Shown here: in pieces, positions 23,423 to 37,377 of the stretch
How the letters are laid out: the number at the start of each line of letters is the position of its first letter
Position numbering within the stretch: the first letter of the stretch is position 1
Source of the DNA: Camelus dromedarius
Lineage: Eukaryota
DNA length: 64,000 bases
Reading direction: 5' to 3'
Assembly: GCF_036321535.1 (NCBI RefSeq)
Contig: NC_087436.1
Coordinates: 7,440,001 to 7,504,000 of the forward strand
Notes under the pieces: model-generated
The model's database searches: none
What the model saw: only the letters and a program-made list of their open reading frames with translations
Told to the model about the DNA's origin: nothing
Program-made: the position numbers and the translations under genes

Positions 23423-23713
23423 TTTTTTTTTTTTTTCTAGGTGACCTTTTTTTTTGAAAAAGGTTTTATGTTTATATATAATTTTATTGAAAGATAGTCA
23501 GTTTTCAATGTTGTGTCAATTTCTGGTGTACAGCACAGTGCTTCAGTCATACATGAACATACACATATTTGTTTTCATATTCTTTTTCACCATAAATTGC
23601 TATAAGATATTGACTATAGTTCCTTGTTCTATACAGTATAAACTTATTTATCTACTTTATATATATACTAGTTAGTATCTGCAAATCTCAAGCTCCCAAT
23701 TTATCCCTCCCCA
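23423..23713 (-). mobile_element. 5'-truncated LINE-1 3' end with compound tail
   Basis: Antisense L1 3'UTR. TSD CTGGGGT(T/G)GCTCTTT at 23408-23422 and 23714-23728. Confidence 0.85.
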
Positions 23714-25457
23714 CTGGGGTGGCTCTTTATTTTCACATGCTTACCTTTGGCTACAAAGCTCTCAAGTTGCAAAGCAGCAAATGCAGAGTGGTGATTGTCT
23801 GTAATTGTAAACCCACCCACTCTTCTTCCATTTTTGTTCATGGTAAGTAATCACATTCTTGTGCTCAGCTGGAGAGCCTCATGCACATTATAACTGGCAC
23901 TGAGGTTGCTCCTGGCTGCCACTTTTATTTTGGAAAAGTACTTAATAGGTAAAAACATGTAAATTCCCACACAAGCACTTCAGTTATTTGAATTTCTTAT
24001 ATGCAATTCTTGGAGAAATTGTGCACAGGCATTGGTCTTGATTCTCTAGATATAATTAGAAGTGTATTGCAGAGGAAATAATATGAGAATTGGCATCTTA
24101 GATCAGGCACCGAGGGAAGTGTTTTGTGAATGAAGAGGGATAGGAACAGTATAAATACTTTCTAAGCAAGTCCCAATTTCAAGCAATTTGCGGTGAGAAA
24201 CAAAGAAAGGTGGGATTGTTCAGTGCCTTTTGGGAAATGTTGATTTTATCACCAAGAATTTGACTAGATTGCTTAGGAAATCTTGATGTGGATACTTTTG
24301 GTTGCAGGCTACAAATGGAATAAGTAATTTCAGGAGCGACATATAAGTGTGGAAGAGTATGTACCAGAAGGACGAGCTTCTGCTGTTGTTTGCATCACAT
24401 TCTAGCATTTAAGGCCCCTCTGGGTATCAGGGTTTCTCTAGTATGAATCATGGAGCCCAAGGTCTGGAAATTGCTCAGAAGTTCCGATTGATTTCTTAAG
24501 ATTCTCTTTCAAATATAATGTACACGATCATATTAAAGAATTAGGAGAATTAACACAGGAAGGAATCCCTTTCAGTTTTGTTTAACTCAGCATTTCCCAA
24601 ATTTGTCTGGTGATGGAAACTTACTTTTCTGAGTAATAATGCCTATTAAAATCAAGGACACAAATAAAAGCAGCACTAGGTTGAGCATCGTCATAGAAGG
24701 GAATGCTTTAGCTGCAAATATTCACCTGGTAGTTAACACGTAACACCAATCACCTTTACAATATTAACACTCAACAATATGTCACTATGTATTAATTTTC
24801 AGATTACAGGGCCTCTCATTTTCCAGAGGACAGAAGCCTAATGAAATGAGGACAGTAATAATTATACTCATAGATATTATTTTTTGAAAGGCTATTAGGT
24901 GGCTGGCATTATACAAGCTATTGAAAATGTGAAAATTTATTTAAACTTCATAACAAGCCCATTAACCACACAGAGGTTATCTCTAACTTTAAACAAGAAA
25001 AGGGATTTTAGAATGTTAAACAACTTTGAAATCATACAATTGATTAAGGTAGATCTGGGATTTGGATCCATGTTTTCTGCTTCTTAATTATCTAGGCAAG
25101 AGTGGAGGGGGCAGGAGGTGAGACTCTGTAAGAGGAGGACCATCCCCACTGAAGTTTCTGTGCAGTGAGGGAGTGTGGCCAAGGTCCAAGAACACTGGGC
25201 TCCTAGAAAGATCGGTCAAGAGGCATGGGTGCGGAGGAAGGCACCCATATTTGGTCTGGTCAATAGTTCATCCATGCTGATGCTAATTATCAGACTATAG
25301 AATTATGTGGCTCAAAGAATTTCCTAAGCTTATGTCATGTATCACTTCATCTTTTGATAAATCAATCACATGGGTCCATTTTTCTGAGGGATCCCTCCCA
25401 ACACCTAGTTTTGCAGTAACACAGCAGGTAATTCTGTGCATTAATCTTATGAAGTTT

Positions 25458-25838
25458 TTAAGTGAAGTTGGACAAAGACAAATATGGTATTGTTTATACG
25501 TGGAATCTAAAAATAATGACACAGATGAACTTATTTCCACAACAGAAACAGACTTTCAAATATAGAACACACTTATGGTTACCAAAGGAGAAATGAGGAG
25601 AAAGGATTTATTGGGAGTTTGAGAATAGCAGATACACACTACTGTATATAAAATAGATAAACAACAAAGACCTGCTCTATAGCACAGGGGACTATATTCA
25701 ATAGCTTGTAATAACCTATAATCAAAAAGAATATGAAAAGAATATATATATATATATATATGTATATCTGAATCACCAGACTATCTGTACAGCAGAAACT
25801 AACACAACATTGTAAATCAACTGTACTTCAAAAAAAAA
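25458..25838 (+). mobile_element. 5'-truncated LINE-1 3' end
   Basis: Sense L1 3'UTR (GTGGAATCTAAAA..CTGCTCTATAGCACAGGG..CAACTGTACTTC + A tail). TSD AATCTTAT(G/A)AA(G/T)TTT at 25443-25457 and 25839-25853. Confidence 0.85.
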
Positions 25839-25999
25839 AATCTTATAAATTTTGTGTAGATGATGACTGGTTTATGATAAGGAAAACTCTTTTCCCAATG
25901 GAAAATTTAATTTGTGATTCTTAATTATGTGCATCTCTAAATCTCATTTTAAAAATGACTGAGCTAATTTTTATCTTAATAATTGCTGGTGAGTTAATG

Positions 26000-28900
26000 A
26001 AATCAATAAAATGTATGTTTATGTGTGTTTATATATAAGCGAAATAAATGAAAGAAATGATACAAGGACAGGAGGGAGAAATTAGGACTATTTCATGATT
26101 ACAAAGTACTCATACTACCCATGAAGTGGTCTGGTGTTATTTGGAAGTGGACTTGGATTAGCTGTAACTGCATTTTGCAAACTCTATGGCAACCACTAGA
26201 AAAAGTAAAAATAAATACAACCAATATGCTAAAAATGGAGAGTAATAGGAATCATAAAAAATGTTCAATTAAAATGACAAAAGGCACAAAAAAGAGTGAA
26301 AGATAAAACTGGGAATAAAGATCAAGGGCAATAAATAGAAAACAGTAGCAATTAATCCACTTGTATCAATAATCATTTTGCACACCAGTGGTCTAAATGT
26401 AACAATTAAAAGACACCGATTGTCAGAGTGGATCAAAAAACAAGATCCAGCTATATATGGTCTGCAAGAAACCCAATTTAAATATAAAGATACATATAGA
26501 TTAAAAGTAAATGGACGGAGGAAGACATACCATGATAAAACTAAATGAAAGAAATCAGGAAGAGCTATGTTAATTTCAGGCAAAGCAGACCTCAAAGTAA
26601 AGAGGATTATCTGGAATAAAGAAAAGCATTACATACTGATAAAGGGGATAGATAGTTCTCCAAGAAGACGTAACAATCATTAATGTCTAAGAACAGAGCG
26701 TCATAGTTAGGTGAGGCAAAAACAAATCAAATTGCAAAGAGAAATAGATGATTCTACTAGCATAGTTTGAGACTTTCAACACCCCTGAATCATAAATGGA
26801 TAGAACCAACAGTTAGAAAATCAGTAAAGACATAGCTGAGCACAGTAACACCATAACTCAAGTGCATATAACTGACATTTATAGACTGTTTCATCCAGAA
26901 ACAGCAGAATACACATTCTTTTCATGTTCACATGGAATAGTAACCCAGATAGATGACATCCTGGGTCATAAAATACACCTTAACAAACTTAATACAAATC
27001 ACACAAATCTGCTTTCAGACCACAATGGAATTAAACTAGAAATCAACAATAGAAAGATAATTGGAAAATATCAAACTACATGGAGTTTGAACAATTCACT
27101 TCTGAGTAACATATGAGTCAAGGGAAAACATCTGAAGAAAAATTTTTAAATATTTTGAACTAAATTAAAAAGAAACTACAACTTATCAAAATTTGTGGCA
27201 TGCTGCAAAAGCAGTGTTTAGAGAGAAATTTATAGCATTGAGCACATATTTTAGAAAGAAGAAAGATCTAAAATCAATAATCTAAATTTCCACTTTAGGA
27301 AAGTAGAAAAGGAAGAGTCAACTAAATCTAAAATAAGCAGAAGAAAAGAAAGAATAAGAATTAGAGCAGAAATCAATGAAATCAAAAACTGGAAATCAAA
27401 AGAAGAAATAAACAAAACCTAAGACTGGTTCTTAGTAAATATTAATAAAATCAATAAATTTCTAGCAAGGCTAACTAAGAAAATATTAGAGAGGACACAA
27501 ATTACTAATATCAGAAGTGAAAGAAAGAAAAATACCACAGATCCCATGGAAATTAAAAAGACAATGAAGGACTACTCTAGTCAATTCTACACCCACAAAT
27601 TGCATAACCTAAATGAAACGGTCCATTTCCTTGAAAGACACAATTTGCCAAGATTCACACAGAATAAATAGACAATCTGAATAGTCCTGTATCTATTAAA
27701 TAAATTAAATAAAAATTAATAACCTTCTAAAATAGAAAGCACGAGTCCCTGGTGCAAATTCACTGGTGAATTCTACCAAATATTTAAGGAAGAAATTATA
27801 CTAATTCTCTACACTCTTAGAGGACAGAAACCTAGAGACTACTTCCTAGGTCATTTTGTGAGGCCAACATTACCCCAACCCAAACCAAACAAAGACACTT
27901 AGAAAGGAAAACTACAGATCAATACATCTCATGAACACAGATGCAAAAATCCTTGACAAAATATTAGCAAATGGTATCCAACAATGTATAAAAAGAATTA
28001 TACGTCATAAATAAGTGTGATTTATACCAGTTATTCAAAGCTGATTCAACATTGGAAAACCAATTAATTTCATCAACAGACTTAAAAAGAAAAAAAACCA
28101 TACAATCCTATCAATAGATGCAAAAAAAAAAAAAAAGTATATTTGACAAAATCCAGCACACATTCATGTCAGAAACTCAGTAAACCAAGAATGAAAGGAA
28201 ATTTTCTCAACTTGATAACAAAAATCTATTAACAAATTGCAGCTAATGTTATAACTTGAAGCTTTTTCACTAAGATCAGGTACAAGGCAAGGATGTCCCC
28301 TCTCACCACTCCTTTAAACTTTGTACTGGAAGTCCTTGCTAATGAAAAAAGACGTGACAAGAAAATAAAGGTATTCAGGTTGAGAAGGAAGATATAAAAC
28401 TGTCTTTGCTCACAGAGGACATGCTCATCCATGTAGAAAATCCAAAAGAATCAACAAAAAAATCTCCTGGAACTAATGAGCCATTATAGTAAAGTTGCAG
28501 GTTATAGGACACAAAAGTCAGTTGGTTTCCTATATACCAGCAATGAACATATGGAACTTGAAATTAAAAACACATTTATATTACAAGATCTATATGAGGA
28601 AAACTACAAAACTCTGATGAACAAAATCAAAGAAGAACTAACTAAAGAAATATTCCATATTCATGGGTAAGAAGATAGAATGTTGTCAAGCTGTCAATTC
28701 TTCCCAACTTGATCTACAGATTCAGTGCAGTCCCAATCAAAATCCCAGAAAGTTATGTTGTGAATAACAAGAAACTGATTCTAAAGTTTAAATGGACAGA
28801 TAAAATACTCAGAATGGCCAACAAAATATTGAAGAAGAACAAAGTTGGAGGACTGATGCTACTTGATTTCAAAATGTACTATAAAACTAATACAATCGAG

Positions 28901-30115
28901 GCAGTGTGTGTGGTGTTGGTGAGAGAACAAATAGATCAATGGAGCAGAACAGAGAGCTCAGAACCAGACCCACACTAATATAAATAACTGGTCTTTGATA
29001 AAGGAGCAAAGGCAATATAATGGAGCAAAGGTAGTTTCTTCAACAAAGGATGCTGCAACAACTGGACACCTACATGCAAAATATACAAAGAACTCTTCAA
29101 ACTCCACAATAAGAAAACAAACAACCTGAATTTAAAAGGGTTAAAGATCTTAACAGACACTTGACCAACAAAGATGTATAAATGGCAAGTAAGCATATGA
29201 GACTGATACTCCACATCTTATGTCATCAAGGAAATGCAAATTAGAGCAGCAATAGACACCAATGCATGCCTATCAGAATGGCCACAGTCTGGAACACTGA
29301 CAACAGCAAGTGGTGGTGAAGACAGGGAGCAGTGCGGGTTTTCTCACCCTGCTGGTAGGAATGCAAAGCAGTACACTTTGGAAGACAGTTTGACAGTTTC
29401 TTACAAAACCAGACATACTCTTATGATACAATCCAGCAATTGTGCCCCTTGATATTTACCCAAAGTGTTGAAAAGCTTACATCCATGCCAAACCCTACAC
29501 ACAGATATTTATAGTAACTTTATTCATAATTGCCAAAACTTGGGTGCAACCAAAATGCCCTTCAGTAGGTGAATGGATATGTAAACTGTGGTCCATCCTG
29601 ACAATGAAATATTGTTCAGTGCCAAAAACAAATAGGCCATTGAGCCAGGAAAAGACATGGAGGAGGCAAATTCATATTGTTAAGTGAAGAAGCCAACCTG
29701 AAAAGGCTATCTATGCCGTATGATTCCGACCATATCACATTCTGGAAAAGGTAAAGCTGTTGAGACAGTAAAAAGTTTAGTAGCTGCCAGGAGTTGGAGG
29801 AGGAGGAGCAGAGGACAGAGGACTTTCAGGGGATTGAAAGCACTCTTTATGATATGATAATTGTGGGTGCATGTCCTTCACTAGACATTTGGCCAAATCC
29901 ATAGACTGTCAAACATCAAGAGTGAATCCTAATGTAAACTATGGACTTTGGCGATTATGATTTATCAATGTAGGCTTATCCACTGTGACAAATCTGTAAC
30001 TCTGGTGAGAGCTGTTGAGGTTGTGTGTGTGTGAGGGCAAGGTATATATGGGAAATCACTGTACTTCCCACTCAACTTTGCTGTGAACCTAAAACGGCTC
30101 TAAAAAGTGAAGTCC
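26000..30115 (+). mobile_element. Old LINE-1 (L1MC-like) with degraded ORF2 and internal deletions
   Basis: ORF2 remnants: DIYRLFHPETAEYTFFSCSHG..SDHNGIKLEINNRK (endonuclease) and IYRFSAVPIKIP..KNKVGGLMLLDFKMYYK. The 3' end GAGTGAATCCTAATGTAAACTATGGACTTTG..CTGTGAACCTAAAACGGCTCTAAAAA resembles L1MC1/2. Confidence 0.9.
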
Positions 30116-30119
30116 TCTG

Positions 30120-30177
30120 AGAAATTTAAATAGCCACACATGGCTAACGGCTACCATATTGGACAGCACACGTCTAG
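30120..30177. mobile_element. hAT-Charlie MER3/MER33-like terminal fragment
   Basis: AAATTTAAATAGCCACACATGGCTAACGGCTACCATATTGGACAGCACA..CTAG. Confidence 0.65.
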
Positions 30178-32096
30178 CAAACACTTTCATAGTCACCAAT
30201 TCTTTATTCACAACCTGAGTCTTATTCCATTTTTTTACAATGTTTTGGAAATTTTTGTTTACTTTTTAGTCATTTAAATTAAGTAGTCTTTAATACATTC
30301 TCCCTAAGTGGCAGCAAACCTCTTAGAGTCCTTTCTGATCCAAACCTCATATTAATACTGTCTGCAGACCTGCCCTTTTGACTATTATGGTGTTGATTTA
30401 TTTTTGGTGTTAACTTAATATTATTTAAGCAAGAGAAGTCATTTATCTTTTACTTTTTATTCCCGATCACTGCCTTTACTATAAGAGATATGTAGATTCA
30501 AAAGGCTGGCTAACTTATGGGTCCATGCAGTCAGAAATATTTACGTTTTTGGTTGATGACAATGAAGACACTCCACTGGGGACAAAAGTTTTCTTAAGAC
30601 CCCCCCCAAAATATGCCTTTAATGGCCTTTTCCATAAGTGAAATTAGATGGATTATTTGTTGCCTTGCAAACCTGGCTTTGTCCTAAGTTGCATAGAAAT
30701 GCATGTCTTGAGTGGCGAGAAGAAATCAGGACAGGTTGTATGTGTCCGTGGATTCCACCAGGGTGGTGTTCTGTGTCTTGTTACATTTTAGTGGTTTTTA
30801 CTCTCTAATTATAATTATTAACATCATTTTCTGAGCTTATAAAATAGTTGATTCACGGGACAGATACAAAAAGAGGAGAAATACCCTCAGAATTGGAAAA
30901 TTAATAATAAAAGAAGGAAGTGATAAAAGGGAAACAAGTGACAGAAAAGAAAAGAATAATGAACAAGTGTAAATGCAGATAAAACAGCTCGAAGGGTATT
31001 CTGTTGAGTGTTCAGTTAAAGTCTTTTTACCTGAAAGTAAAAACAAAGTAAAATAATAAGCTTCTAAAACTCTACTGCTGATTTCACAGCACAGTATCTC
31101 TCTCTTTGCATTATTTGTGGTGTGTGTTTTAATTTTTTACATGTTATTAAAAGTCATTAAATGACACATCTGCACAGTGGCTTTAAACCAGCAGTGAATA
31201 AACCTGCCATTTCAAGGTGCAAGTCGGAGATGCAGAGTTTCAGATAACCGAATGTAAATCCTTTATCAGATTTCAACTTGTGCAGGACTTGAAGTGAAAC
31301 ACTATGAAAACTTTAACTTGTTTTGTTATTGTCCTTAATACATTGTCCCTTAATACACTGACAGACATATTTACAAGCTAAATATGTATAGGAAATTACA
31401 AGTAAATCCTTTTTAACTTTGAAAAAAAAGTTCCATATATAGATACTATATTTTAGAAAAATGAAAAAAAAAGATAGGCACTTTTATTGATGGAAACGAT
31501 TTAATGAGAAAAAAATACTTCTAATTTTAGATATCTGTATTCTGTATGTCAAAGATGCATTCTCCATCTTTTGTCACTGCAGCTCTTCCAATAACTGGAT
31601 GGTAAATTTCAAGGCATGAATCCTATAGGAGAATGTGACATTTATTCACTCATTTGTGAGATAAAAATATGTCAAGACCCAGCATATGTCAGTTCCTGGG
31701 CTAGCTATTTGAGATTCAGAGAGTAAGTCATGACACCTGCCACCAAGATGCTCACAGTCTCCTTGAAGATTCTTTCAATGATTTTTTTTTTCTTTCTGGA
31801 AACAAACCATCAAGGTACTCATAAGATTGTGAAAAAGAGGCCATGCAGCAGTAGAAGAGAGGCTAAAGTTTGGGGCATAAGGAAAATTTTATCATAGGAG
31901 ACAATATCTGAGATAAGCCTTAAATGAGGGAATAGAGAAAGAGAGCGCTTTAAGTAGAAGCACATAAAAAGGCCTGATATATTCACGACACTTCCAGAAG
32001 TTCAGTATTGCAGGGTCAGTGGTTTATGTGGAGGCAGATAAGTAAGAAGCTTATAGCATCCAGATCTTACAAAATCTTGCGTGGCATGTTGAAGAG

Positions 32097-32109
32097 TTTC
32101 TTTCTTTTC

Positions 32110-32200
<91 letters not shown>

Positions 32201-32221
32201 TTCTTTCTTTCTTTCTCTCTT

Positions 32222-32253
<32 letters not shown>

Positions 32254-32269
32254 TCTTTCTTTTTTCTTT

Positions 32270-32349
<80 letters not shown>

Positions 32350-32423
32350 TCCTTCCTTCCTTCCTTCCTTCCTTCCTTCCTTCCTTCCTTCCTTCCTTCC
32401 CTTCTTTCTTTCTTTCTTTTTTT
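32097..32423. repeat. Compound polypyrimidine microsatellite (TTTC)n/(TC)n/(TTCC)n
   Basis: About 325 bp containing only T and C on the + strand. Confidence 0.98.
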
Positions 32424-33689
32424 GTGCATAGGCTATGGGGGAGTAGAGTTTAAAAATTCTACTCTTCATCTAGTTTATCAAAGGAGCTCTTTTAAAGTGT
32501 GTAGTGGGAAGTAATATGTCAGATCTCTAAATTAAAGCTACTTCGCCTTTTGGCAATTTGTTATTTGGTAGATCATTGGTATGGTCAAGAGAGATTATAT
32601 TCTAAGTGGTGTATAATCCTAAAGTCCACCCTTCCCTCTCTTTTGGGAGGTCAAGATACAAAAGGAATGGATGGTTATTTTATCAACAAATAAGGATATG
32701 AATATGAATTCTGTTTCCTTGAATATTAATCAGATCTGCCCTATCTAAGTAAACTTCTCTTTGGTTGGATCAATATGTGGACCTAGACCCCCGCTAGATC
32801 CTATACACTTTACTGCTGTCTCTCCACCCCGGGAAAGACTTCATGTCTGGATTTAAATCAATCGCCCTAAGTCTTTGCAGAAATACAGAAGTGTTTCTTT
32901 CAGATAAATGAAACTAAACAGTTTAAAAATTAAGATAAATATAACCACACAGTAATCTTTGCTTTCCCACTCCATTTCCTGATAAATCAGTCAGATAATC
33001 AAAACAATGGAAGATGTCTTGGGTCAATTAACATGATATAGTTGAAATACACTCACATACCAACTACACAGATGTCCCTCTTTGGCTTAAATTTCATTTT
33101 CTCTTAGCTAATTTTAAATAGAAGGAGTCTCATATTTTTAATGTTAAAAATAGGCAATTTTAATTTGATTTTTCAAATGAGAATCTATTTGAAAATCATC
33201 ATTTTGAAAATTTTTATGGAGGGATTTAGTTTTTCAGTTTTACTTTCTCAATCTTTTCTCACAGTACTTTATTAGTGAATTTAGCAATATTCTTCTGAAT
33301 TTAGCAATATTCTTCTGCATTGGCTCTTAATGTAAGTTAAAATAAATCAGTCATGGGAAATATATTTCTTTTCTAATGTGTGACGTCAGTCAGAGTCAGA
33401 AAATGGGCAGTTGTGAGATCTACATTTGAACTTTAGGTCAGGTTTACACAAATAACTCATTTTAGAATTATTAAACAATGTCATATGGACTTTGATGTAG
33501 ACAAATGATAAAATTCATATAAGTGTATAACTTAAAAAAATATACATTGGATTTCTTTGAGAACAAAAACAAAAATAAGCACATTAAAGGAAGATGCTGG
33601 AAAGGTCTGAAGATGAAGGCTTTGCAGTGATTAGTATCAGGGAGCTCTAAATGGTCTCACAGAAATCGTACAGGAGTTCCATGGACTAC

Positions 33690-34200
33690 TCCTTCATGGC
33701 CAGGCAACCAACCCCAAGGTTCCCGTGTTTCCCTGAGGACCGCTTGGCTGCTGCATACGCCTGGTGTGCCAGCATCAGTCTACCTCCCTTAGCCAAAATA
33801 GTGCTTACTGAATGGATATTAGGGATTCATGGAACTGGTTGGAGGCCAAAAATTACATTGAAAAATAGGAGCTTGGCAGCTTGGGAAGATCCCACAGGCA
33901 CAGTCATTCCCTCGAAACACTTTGATCCAAATGCTGATGACACTCTGGTGACTGTGACCTCCAGCCTCGAAACATGTCTGATCACTTAAAGTTCAAGGTC
34001 CAGGAAGATAGTTCTTGATGAGCCTGTTCAGTTAATCATGCTGGAGCAGGGAGAGCAAGCCACTGCTTTGGCTTCCTTAGTAAGAGGTGGGTGCCACCTT
34101 GAAAGGAGATACACAGGACCTTCAAAAGAAAGAGAATGGTGTTAATGGTGAGGGAAGTGTTTGAGGCTGGACAATTAACAAACACCAAATGTTTACTATA
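33690..34200. mobile_element. Old MaLR (MLT1-like) LTR fragment
   Basis: Degenerate MLT1-like motifs (GATATTAGGGATTCATGGAA..; CTGGAGCAGGGAGAGCAAG..; CAAATGTTTACTATA). Confidence 0.45.
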
Positions 34201-34576
34201 CAAATCTATCTTTTTGTTTCCCGTCCCTGGGATACATGCAATGGGCTTATGTATTAAAATTTATTTATTCATTTATGTCTTTATGTCTTTATGTCTTTAT
34301 TGGTGATGAGATGATGACTAACAATGTCTGTAAATCTCATAATAATGTTACTTCAGGCATATGCTGGCTCTAAACTAAAATATGTAGTGGGAAAAATACA
34401 TCAATTGTCAATCCTCTGATAATTTTTCTCTTCTGACACGTTTTTTTTCTTATCTTAACTTTATTCTTCCTTTGGCTTGTCTTCATTTATAAATTCATCT
34501 GCTTGTCTTTCCCCTTACTCCTCTCTTCTGACACCACCTTAAATTTGTTCCTTGAGGGCATTTGGACTAATATGGC

Positions 34577-35035
34577 TGTCTTCGATTGCGTTATCCAAGA
34601 ACTAGATCTTTATGTAAGGATTTGACTTTAAGTATTTTATTTGGGAGGTGATCCCAGGAAACTTCATCAAGGAGTGAGACCAGGAAGGGAAGGCTCCCAA
34701 TAAAGAGTGTGTAATCAAGTCACCACTACGGGTAATTGGAGTTTGACCCCACTGGGGAAATCTGAGAGCTGGGTTGTAGAACGCACACACCAGCGTGATT
34801 CCAGGTGAGCAGTATGAGATCTCAGGTACTTTATATTCCAGTTTTCACTGGTCATCGGTTTAGATTCTCCCAGGCCTCCCTGGTTTGCATACAGGTGGGC
34901 AAAATGAGCTCCTGGAAAACAGAGAAAGCCATAAGGCAATGAGGTACAGCCATGGTGGTTGGCATTCAGCCCACATGAAAGGAAACGGTAAGGATAAGGG
35001 GTTACCGGTGGGGCGCCAACAGCATCTCTGACAGT
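34577..35035. mobile_element. ERVL LTR (LTR33/LTR16-like)
   Basis: TGTCTT..GGATTTGACTTTAAGTATTTTATTTGGGAGGTGATCCCAGGAA..CCAACAGCATCTCTGACA. Confidence 0.65.
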
Positions 35036-35299
35036 AGGAGCGCCTCCTTGCTCCCTGACTCTAGGGATGCACCAGCTTTCGTATTGGCTACACTCAGCTG
35101 GAGTAAGAAAGGATTTCTGAGCAAGCACTGTAGAGTTGGGGAGTATCTGGGGACCCGGATGGCAATTTGGGGACCAAGATGGCAGTAAGCCATCAGCACC
35201 AAGGCTTGTACAGGGTGAGAAGATTCAGGAGAAAAGGGCAGTTGAGCCAGATAAGGTTAGTGACAATTAAGTAAACAGAGAGAAAGACAGAAAAGCTGG

Positions 35300-37377
35300 G
35301 AACAAAGAGGAAGCCACGGTGGATGCTGAAATGCTCTGGTTAGTACGCCCGTCGGGGCTGTGACCCTCATGCCAGATGCTGGGGTGTTGCTGGCTGATCA
35401 CCCAACTCTGAGCCCCTCTCTGGCAACTGCCTTTCACAGAGAGCTGTCCCACCTAGCGTTAAGCCACGTCCCCAGGAGCAACCACTTCTGGTGACTTGTT
35501 GATCTAGGGTTTCTAAAGCCCTTTCACTTCATTTGGGGGCATCTTTGAAGGGCCAGACATATTTCAGAGCTCTTCAGAGATTGGCCGAGGCCACTTTTGA
35601 GTCAGCATCATAGCTCAGTGTCTCCTGCCCAGTCTTGCTTGCCTCACTTCATTAAGGCAAGTTTTCATTATTCCCCTAATAACAATAACTGGGGCATTTA
35701 GGCTGTTTCCATGTTTTGGCTATTGTAAATAGTGCTGCTATGAACATTGGGGTGCAGGTGTCATCCTGAAGTAGGGTTCCTTCAGGATACAAGCCCAGGA
35801 GCGGGATTCCTGGGTCATACGGTAACTCTATTCCTAGTCTTTTGAGGAATCTCCACACTGTTTTCCATAGTGGCTGCACCAAACTGCATTCCCACCAGCA
35901 GTGTAGGAGAGTTCCCCTTTCTCCACGGCCTCTTCAGCATTTGTCATTTGTGGATTTTTGAATGACGGCCATTCTGACTGGTGTGAGGTGATACTTCATT
36001 GTAGTTTTGATTTGCATTTCTCTGATAATTAGTGATATTGAGCATTTTTTTCATGTGCCTTTTGATCATTTGTATGTCTTCCTTGGCGAATTGCTTGTTT
36101 AGGTCTTCTGCCCATTTTTGGATTGGGTTGTTCATTTTTTTTCTTATTGAGTCGTATGAGCTGCTTATATATTCTGGAGATCAAGCCTTTGTCGGTTTCA
36201 TTTGCAAAAATGTTCTCCCATTCCGTAGGTTGTCTTCTTGTTTTACTTATGGTTTCCTTTGCTGTGCAGAAGCTTGTAAGTTTCATTAGGTCCCATTTGT
36301 TTATTTTGCTTTTATTTCTTCTAGGAGAAAATTTCTGAAATGTATGTCAGATAATGTTTTGCCTATGTTTTCCTCTAGGAGGTTTATTGTATCTTGTCTT
36401 ATGTTTAAGTCTTTGATCCATTTTGAGTTGATTTTTGTATATGGTGTAAGGGAGTGTTTTAGCTTCATTGTTTTACATGCTGCTGTCCAGTTTTCCCAAC
36501 ACCATTTGCTGAAGAGGCTGTCTTTATACCATTGTATATTCTTGCCTCCTTTGTCAAAGATGAGTTGACCAAAAGTTTGTGGGTTCATTTCTGGGCTCTC
36601 TATTCTGTTCCATTGGTCTATATGTCTGTTTTGGTACCAATACCATGCTGTCTTGATGACTGTAGCTCTATAGTATTGTCTGAAGTCTGGGAGAGTTATT
36701 CCTCCAGCCTCTTTCTTTCTCTTCAGTAATGCTTTGGCAATTTTAGGTCTTTGATGGTTCCATATAAATTTTATTATGACTGGATAAAGAAGATGTGGTA
36801 TATTTATACAATGGAATACTACTCAGCCATAAAAACCGACAACATAATGGCATTTGCAGCAACATGGATGCTCCTGGAGAATGTCATTCTAAGTGAAGTA
36901 AGCCAGAAAGAGAAAGAAAAATACCATATGAGATCGCTCATATGTGGGATCTAAAAAAACAAAGACAAAAACAAACAAACAAACAAACAAAAACAAAGCA
37001 TAAATACAGGACAGAAATAGACTCATAGACAGAGAATACAGACTTGTGGTTGCCGGGGGGCGGAGGGTGGGAAGGGATAGACTGGGATTTCAAAATTGTA
37101 GAACAGATAAACAAGATTATACTGTATAGCACAGGGTAATATACACAAAATGTTATGGTAGCCCACAGAGAAAAAAATGTGACAATGAGTGTGTATATGT
37201 CCATGTATGACTGAAAAATTGTGCTGAACACTGGAATTTGACACAACATTGTAAAATGATTATAAATCAATAAAAAATGTTTAAAAAAAAAGCAAAAAAC
37301 CCCCCCAATAATTGGGGAAGCTCCTGCAGGCAAATTCCCTTCTGATAATCTGTTTTCTGGAAACTCCAACTGAAACA
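35300..37377. mobile_element. Second ERVL-type LTR, split by the L1 at 35695-37305
   Basis: LTR-like sequence at 35300-35694 resumes after the L1 as CTCCTGCAGGCAAATTCCCTTCTGATAATCTGTTTTCTGGAAACTCCAACTGAAACA. Confidence 0.55.
35695..37305 (+). mobile_element. Young LINE-1 with 5' inversion (twin priming)
   Basis: 35695-36775 is antisense ORF2 ([41 protein letters not shown]). 36776-37305 is sense ORF2 end ([19 protein letters not shown]), 3'UTR, AATAAA 37269 and A tail. TSD CAATAA(C/T)TGGGG at 35683-35694 and 37306-37317. Confidence 0.93.

Noticed and set aside
21952..23808. Putative small minus-strand exons near 21952-21993 and 23755-23808 with AG/GTAAG boundaries
   Set aside because: Weak pyrimidine tracts, unrecognisable peptides, and phases incompatible with the 18968 acceptor.
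32002..32514. Long K/E/R-rich and F/L/S-rich ORFs
   Set aside because: Translations of the (TTTC)n/(TTCC)n microsatellite.
33381..33388. Perfect CRE palindrome TGACGTCA
   Set aside because: A single isolated 8-mer is not sufficient evidence in 64 kb.
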